Positions 60,715-64,000 of a stretch of 64,000 nucleotides of DNA are shown piece after piece. Position 1 is the first letter of the stretch. Each line of letters begins with the position of its first letter. Source of the stretch: Pseudomonadota bacterium (lineage in GTDB: Bacteria; Pseudomonadota; Gammaproteobacteria; Burkholderiales; REEB80); NCBI GenBank assembly GCA_028873515.1, contig JAGWIG010000008.1, positions 5,723 to 69,722 on the forward strand, written 5' to 3'. The translations under genes were made by a program, and so were the position numbers. The notes beneath the pieces were generated by a model. It saw nothing but the letters and a program-made list of their open reading frames with translations. It did not search any database and was not told the origin of the DNA.

Positions 60715-61095
60715 ATGAACTTAATATCAATAATAGCTGTTGCTTCAGGTGCAGGGCTAGGCGCCCTGTTGCGCTGGCTCCTCTCTAACCTGTTAAATGC
60801 CGTATTCCCGACAATCCCTCTTGGGACCCTGTCTGCTAACCTGTTCGGGGCATTCATCATGGGGCTGGCTATCGGGTATTTTGCCTTGAATACTTCCTTG
60901 TCCACAGAGTTCAAGCTTTTTGTCACAACCGGGTTTCTGGGTGGGCTGACCACGTTTTCCACTTTTTCGGCAGAAACCACCTCACTGCTGGTCAATCGTG
61001 AATTTTTATGGGCGAGTACTGAAATACTGATACATGTTGCAGGCTCATTGATGATGACTTTCGCAGGCATCAAGCTGATCATGATGCTGGCCTGA
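60715..61095 (+). CDS. crcB: Fluoride ion channel CrcB/Fluc
   Basis: MNLISIIAVASGAGLGALLRW...PLGTLSANLFGAFIMG...TGFLGGLTTFSTFS are the Fluc signature motifs. ATG 60715, or 60703 as an alternative. The tracked start at 60649 lies inside the riboswitch. Confidence 0.92.
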   Translation: MNLISIIAVASGAGLGALLRWLLSNLLNAVFPTIPLGTLSANLFGAFIMGLAIGYFALNTSLSTEFKLFVTTGFLGGLTTFSTFSAETTSLLVNREFLWASTEILIHVAGSLMMTFAGIKLIMMLA

Positions 61096-61108
61096 TCTGG
61101 AGAAAAGA

Positions 61109-61435
61109 ATGAATGGAATCTATTTGAAGTTTTTTGTTCTTGAAAAACAGATGCATCAACATATGCCCGTGTATGAGTGGTTGCTTGAGCATGCCAAGAA
61201 ATCGGGTATAAATGGGGGTTCGGCGTTTCGGACCATTGCAGGTTATGGCCGTCATCACAAGTTGCATGAAGACCGATTTTTCGAGCTGCAAGGAGATCTG
61301 CCCGTTGAAGTGGTGTTCGCGGTGTCTTCCGAACAATCGGAGCAGTTTCTGTCTGATCTAAGGAAGGAAGGTCTGGATATTTTCTTTATCAGGATGCCTG
61401 TTGAATTTGAGATGACTCTAGGTTCAATGGATTGA
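61109..61435 (+). CDS. DUF190 (PII-like) protein commonly linked to crcB
   Basis: 108 aa. LKFFVLEKQMHQHMPVYEWLLEHAKKSGINGGSAFRTIAGYG is the DUF190 pattern. It starts 13 nt after crcB. Confidence 0.8.
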   Translation: MNGIYLKFFVLEKQMHQHMPVYEWLLEHAKKSGINGGSAFRTIAGYGRHHKLHEDRFFELQGDLPVEVVFAVSSEQSEQFLSDLRKEGLDIFFIRMPVEFEMTLGSMD

Positions 61436-61529
61436 AACAAATGGGTTGTGGTTAAAATGTTTGGCTCATTCAAATCCGGATAATGGATGGGTTTTATCGT
61501 GGGTTTAATCATTCAGGAGCAGTCAGGTT

Positions 61530-62102
61530 ATGGGTAATGTGCAGTTATGGCTGGTTCGCCATGGTGAAACGGAATGGAGCCTGTCCGGTGCGCATACAAG
61601 CCATACGGATATTTCCCTGACCGAAGAGGGCAGGAAGCAGGCCAGGTCTCTTGTTGACCGACTTCAGCACCGTACCTTCAGCCTGGTCTTGACTTCTCCC
61701 ATGCAGCGTGCCCGTGAGACATGCAATATTGCAGGGTATGGCAACAAGGCGCAGGTGGAAGAGGCCCTTCTGGAATGGGATTATGGAATCTATGAAGGCC
61801 GTACGACCTTTGAAATCCGTAACCAGCATCCTGGCTGGTCTGTCTGGAAAGATGGGACTCCTGACGGGGAAAGTCTTGAGCAGGTCGAACACCGGGCGCG
61901 TGCGGTAATTGATCGATGTGTTGCGGCGGGAGGGCAGAGCCTGCTTTTTGCCCATGCCCATATCCTGAGGGTCATGGCTGCATGCTGGCTCGATTTGCCT
62001 GCACAGGCCGGACAGCTTTTCGTGTTGAGTGCAGGTTCGCTCAGCAAATTGGGGTATGAGCGGGAAACCCGCGCCCTGCTTGGCTGGAACCAGGCGAGCT
62101 GA
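61530..62102 (+). CDS. Histidine phosphatase (phosphoglycerate-mutase-like) family protein
   Basis: LWLVRHGETEWS (RHG catalytic motif), LTSPMQRARET and a second His (FAHAHILR). Confidence 0.85.
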   Translation: MGNVQLWLVRHGETEWSLSGAHTSHTDISLTEEGRKQARSLVDRLQHRTFSLVLTSPMQRARETCNIAGYGNKAQVEEALLEWDYGIYEGRTTFEIRNQHPGWSVWKDGTPDGESLEQVEHRARAVIDRCVAAGGQSLLFAHAHILRVMAACWLDLPAQAGQLFVLSAGSLSKLGYERETRALLGWNQAS

Positions 62103-62208
62103 GAGGCGGACATAGGTTTTTTTCAGTGCTGTAGAAACCTGACAGTTATTAGGGGCTGGCCAGAAACACGGATGAAGGGCGTTTGCCTGTTTTCGAGGTT
62201 AAAAATTC

Positions 62209-63243
62209 ATGAAAATGTACCGATTGGGAAACAGTGATCTTCATGTCTCGCCTTTGTGTCTTGGGAGCATGACATTCGGGCAGCAGAATTCTGAGGATGA
62301 AGCACATCAACAGCTTGACATGGCCTTTGCACAGGGCATCAATTTTATTGATACTGCAGAAATGTATCCGGTGCCAGGCAAACCGGAAACCCAGGGGAGA
62401 AGTGAATGTTTTATTGGAAGCTGGCTGATGCATCAGGATCGGTCGAAGATTATTCTGGCAAGCAAGGTGACTGGGCCTTCCAGGGGGTTTAACTGGATAC
62501 GGGGCGGACCCCACGCCGTGAACCGGGAAAATATCAGGGCTGCCCTGCATGGTTCGCTTAAACGTTTGCAGACAGAGTATCTGGATCTCTACCAGATTCA
62601 CTGGCCTGATCGTTATGTGCCCATGTTCGGGGAATCCTCCTATGAGCTGTCCAGGGAAAAGGCCTGCACTTCCTTCAGTGAACAACTTGAAGCCCTTGCC
62701 GAATGTGTTCGTGAAGGCAAGATTCGTCATGTGGGCCTGAGCAATGAGACTCCATATGGAGTCAGTGAGTTCGTGAAGCTGGCGGAATCTGGAGGCTGGC
62801 CCCGTGTGGTGAGCATCCAGAACCCGTATAATCTCATTAACCGGCATTTTGAATATGGTCTTTCGGAGATGTGCCGCCATCATGATGTCGGGATGATGGC
62901 TTATAGCCCTCTGGGCTTTGGAATGCTAAGTGGTAAATACGACGCTGCAGATGCTGTGGGACGGCTGAATCTGTTTCCTGCGTTTGGGCTCAGGTACCGT
63001 AAACCGAATGTGGCACGGGCAGTCTCGCATTATGTCGCACTGGCCCGAGAAATTGGCGTGACCCCGGCCCAGCTTGCCCTGGCATTTGTTCGCACGCGCT
63101 GGTTTGTCACCAGCTGCATTATTGGTGCAACGTCCATGATCCAGCTTGAAGAAAACCTCCAGAGCCTCAACATACATCTTGATGAGAATGTTTTCGCCAG
63201 GATAGAGGCGATTCATGCCGATATTCCCAACCCTGCTCCCTGA
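62209..63243 (+). CDS. tas: NADP(H)-dependent aldo-keto reductase (Tas-like)
   Basis: MYRLGNSDLHVSPLCLGSMTFG, INFIDTAEMY, LDLYQIHWPD, GLSNETPYG. 344 aa, comparable to E. coli Tas. Confidence 0.85.
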   Translation: MKMYRLGNSDLHVSPLCLGSMTFGQQNSEDEAHQQLDMAFAQGINFIDTAEMYPVPGKPETQGRSECFIGSWLMHQDRSKIILASKVTGPSRGFNWIRGGPHAVNRENIRAALHGSLKRLQTEYLDLYQIHWPDRYVPMFGESSYELSREKACTSFSEQLEALAECVREGKIRHVGLSNETPYGVSEFVKLAESGGWPRVVSIQNPYNLINRHFEYGLSEMCRHHDVGMMAYSPLGFGMLSGKYDAADAVGRLNLFPAFGLRYRKPNVARAVSHYVALAREIGVTPAQLALAFVRTRWFVTSCIIGATSMIQLEENLQSLNIHLDENVFARIEAIHADIPNPAP

Positions 63244-63270
63244 GAGAACTTTAAAACCCGGAAGAATAAA

Positions 63271-64000
63271 ATGAGTAAACTATTTGAACCTCTTGTATTG
63301 CGTGATGTGACATTCCGTAATCGCGCATTTGTTTCTCCCATGTGTCAATACTCAAGTAATGAGGGTTTGCCTGCGGACTGGCATCTGGTTCATCTGGGTA
63401 GCCGGGCCATAGGTGGTTTTGGCATGGTGATGGTCGAAGCCAGTGCAGTCAGCCCTGAAGGACGTATCAGTCCTGATGATTCCGGGATCTGGTCAGCAAG
63501 GCATGCGGAAGCGTTCAAGCCTATTACCCGGTTTATTTCTGAACAGGGTGCGGTACCAGGTATCCAGATAGCCCATGCTGGACGTAAAGCCTCCACTGCA
63601 GCTCCATGGCTTGGGGGCGGTCCTCTGGGCGAAGCCAGTCGGGGCTGGCAGCCTATGGCTCCGTCAGCATTCGCTTTTGACAACGGCTACCCGGAACCTC
63701 TGGCCATGACAGAAGCCCAACTGAAATCAGTCAAGGAAGCTTTTGTGCAGTCTGCACAATTCAGCCTGGATGCGGGTTTTCAGGTGCTTGAAATCCATAT
63801 GGCACATGGCTACCTGCTGCATGAGTTTCTTTCTCCCTTATCCAATCATCGCGCGGATGGTTATGGGGGAGGGTTTGAACAGCGTCTTCGATATCCACTG
63901 GATGTCACCCGGGCCGTCAGGGCCGTCTGGCCGGAGAATCTGCCCTTATTTGTAAGGATTTCTGCAACCGACTGGGTTGATGGGGGCTGGAGCGGTGAGG
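63271..64000 (+). CDS. namA: NADH:flavin oxidoreductase, Old Yellow Enzyme family (3' end cut by window edge)
   Basis: Absent from the ORF track because no stop lies in the window. The translation MSKLFEPLVLRDVTFRNRAFVSPMCQYSS...WHLVHLGSRA...GIQIAHAGRKAS...LEIHMAHGYLLHEFLSPLSNHRADGYGG matches YqjM/NamA-type OYEs. Confidence 0.88.
   Translation, partial: MSKLFEPLVLRDVTFRNRAFVSPMCQYSSNEGLPADWHLVHLGSRAIGGFGMVMVEASAVSPEGRISPDDSGIWSARHAEAFKPITRFISEQGAVPGIQIAHAGRKASTAAPWLGGGPLGEASRGWQPMAPSAFAFDNGYPEPLAMTEAQLKSVKEAFVQSAQFSLDAGFQVLEIHMAHGYLLHEFLSPLSNHRADGYGGGFEQRLRYPLDVTRAVRAVWPENLPLFVRISATDWVDGGWSGE

Noticed and set aside
1-64000. A search by eye for CRISPR arrays, tRNA/rRNA genes, IS elements, integrases, phage genes and toxin-antitoxin or defence genes
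   Set aside because: I found no direct-repeat/spacer pattern, no cloverleaf-like candidates in the intergenic regions, and no ORF with transposase, recombinase or nuclease signatures. An eye scan cannot fully exclude small RNAs.

Overview
This is a 64-kb chromosomal window from a proteobacterium. The gene order (secY-infA-rpmJ-rpsM, and uvrA divergent from an MFS-ssb pair) looks betaproteobacterial. The content (HiPIP, cupredoxin, copper-centre assembly factors, phosphoketolase, P3A-type H+-ATPase, fluoride channel) hints at a chemolithotrophic or acid-tolerant lifestyle. Both the taxon and the lifestyle are inference only.

Layout:
- 1-8.3 kb: distal spc and alpha ribosomal-protein operons (rplX to rplQ, with secY, infA, rpmJ, rpoA).
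- 8.5-20 kb: membrane PAS-GGDEF-EAL protein, uvrA, MFS-ssb, cytochrome c, a DUF1328 mini-gene, class III alcohol dehydrogenase, rhlE.
- 20.6-29.9 kb: periplasmic redox and copper neighbourhood. It holds an atypical cupredoxin, HiPIP, a Gre-like factor, a Cys-less CsoR-like protein, an SxxC DsbA-like protein, Sco1, CtaG, PCu(A)C, GST, a CDGSH protein and AsmA.
- 30.2-38.1 kb: co-directional pgm-glgP-ackA-xfp cluster (glycogen to acetate through phosphoketolase).
- 38.2-44.3 kb: Rrf2-sufBCDS-sufU-sufT operon with an IscR type-1-like operator.
- 44.4-56 kb: DUF3311/SSS transporter, a secreted triple-repeat Gly-rich protein, a sensor-less histidine kinase with a REC-TPR regulator, DUF1345-KdoO, a GGDEF protein, and an MCP with a C-terminal Cache-like domain behind a sigma28-like promoter.
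- 56.5-64 kb: P3A H+-ATPase, PEP-mutase/ICL-family enzyme, fluoride riboswitch-crcB-DUF190, histidine phosphatase, aldo-keto reductase, and an OYE flavin reductase cut by the window end.

I saw no rRNA, tRNA, CRISPR array, transposase, integrase or phage genes.

Three real genes are absent from the ORF track: rpmJ, the DUF1328 gene and the terminal OYE gene. Several tracked ORFs carry spurious N-terminal extensions, and many long tracked ORFs are antisense artefacts.

The best candidates for something undescribed are:
- the triple-repeat secreted protein and its divergent kinase/REC-TPR pair;
- the cupredoxin with an expanded His/Met ligand loop beside HiPIP;
- the ligand-less CsoR-like and SxxC DsbA-like proteins in the copper cluster;
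- the MCP with a cytoplasmic C-terminal Cache-like domain;
- the glycogen-phosphoketolase operon.

All family calls rest on motif recognition by eye. No database search was run.
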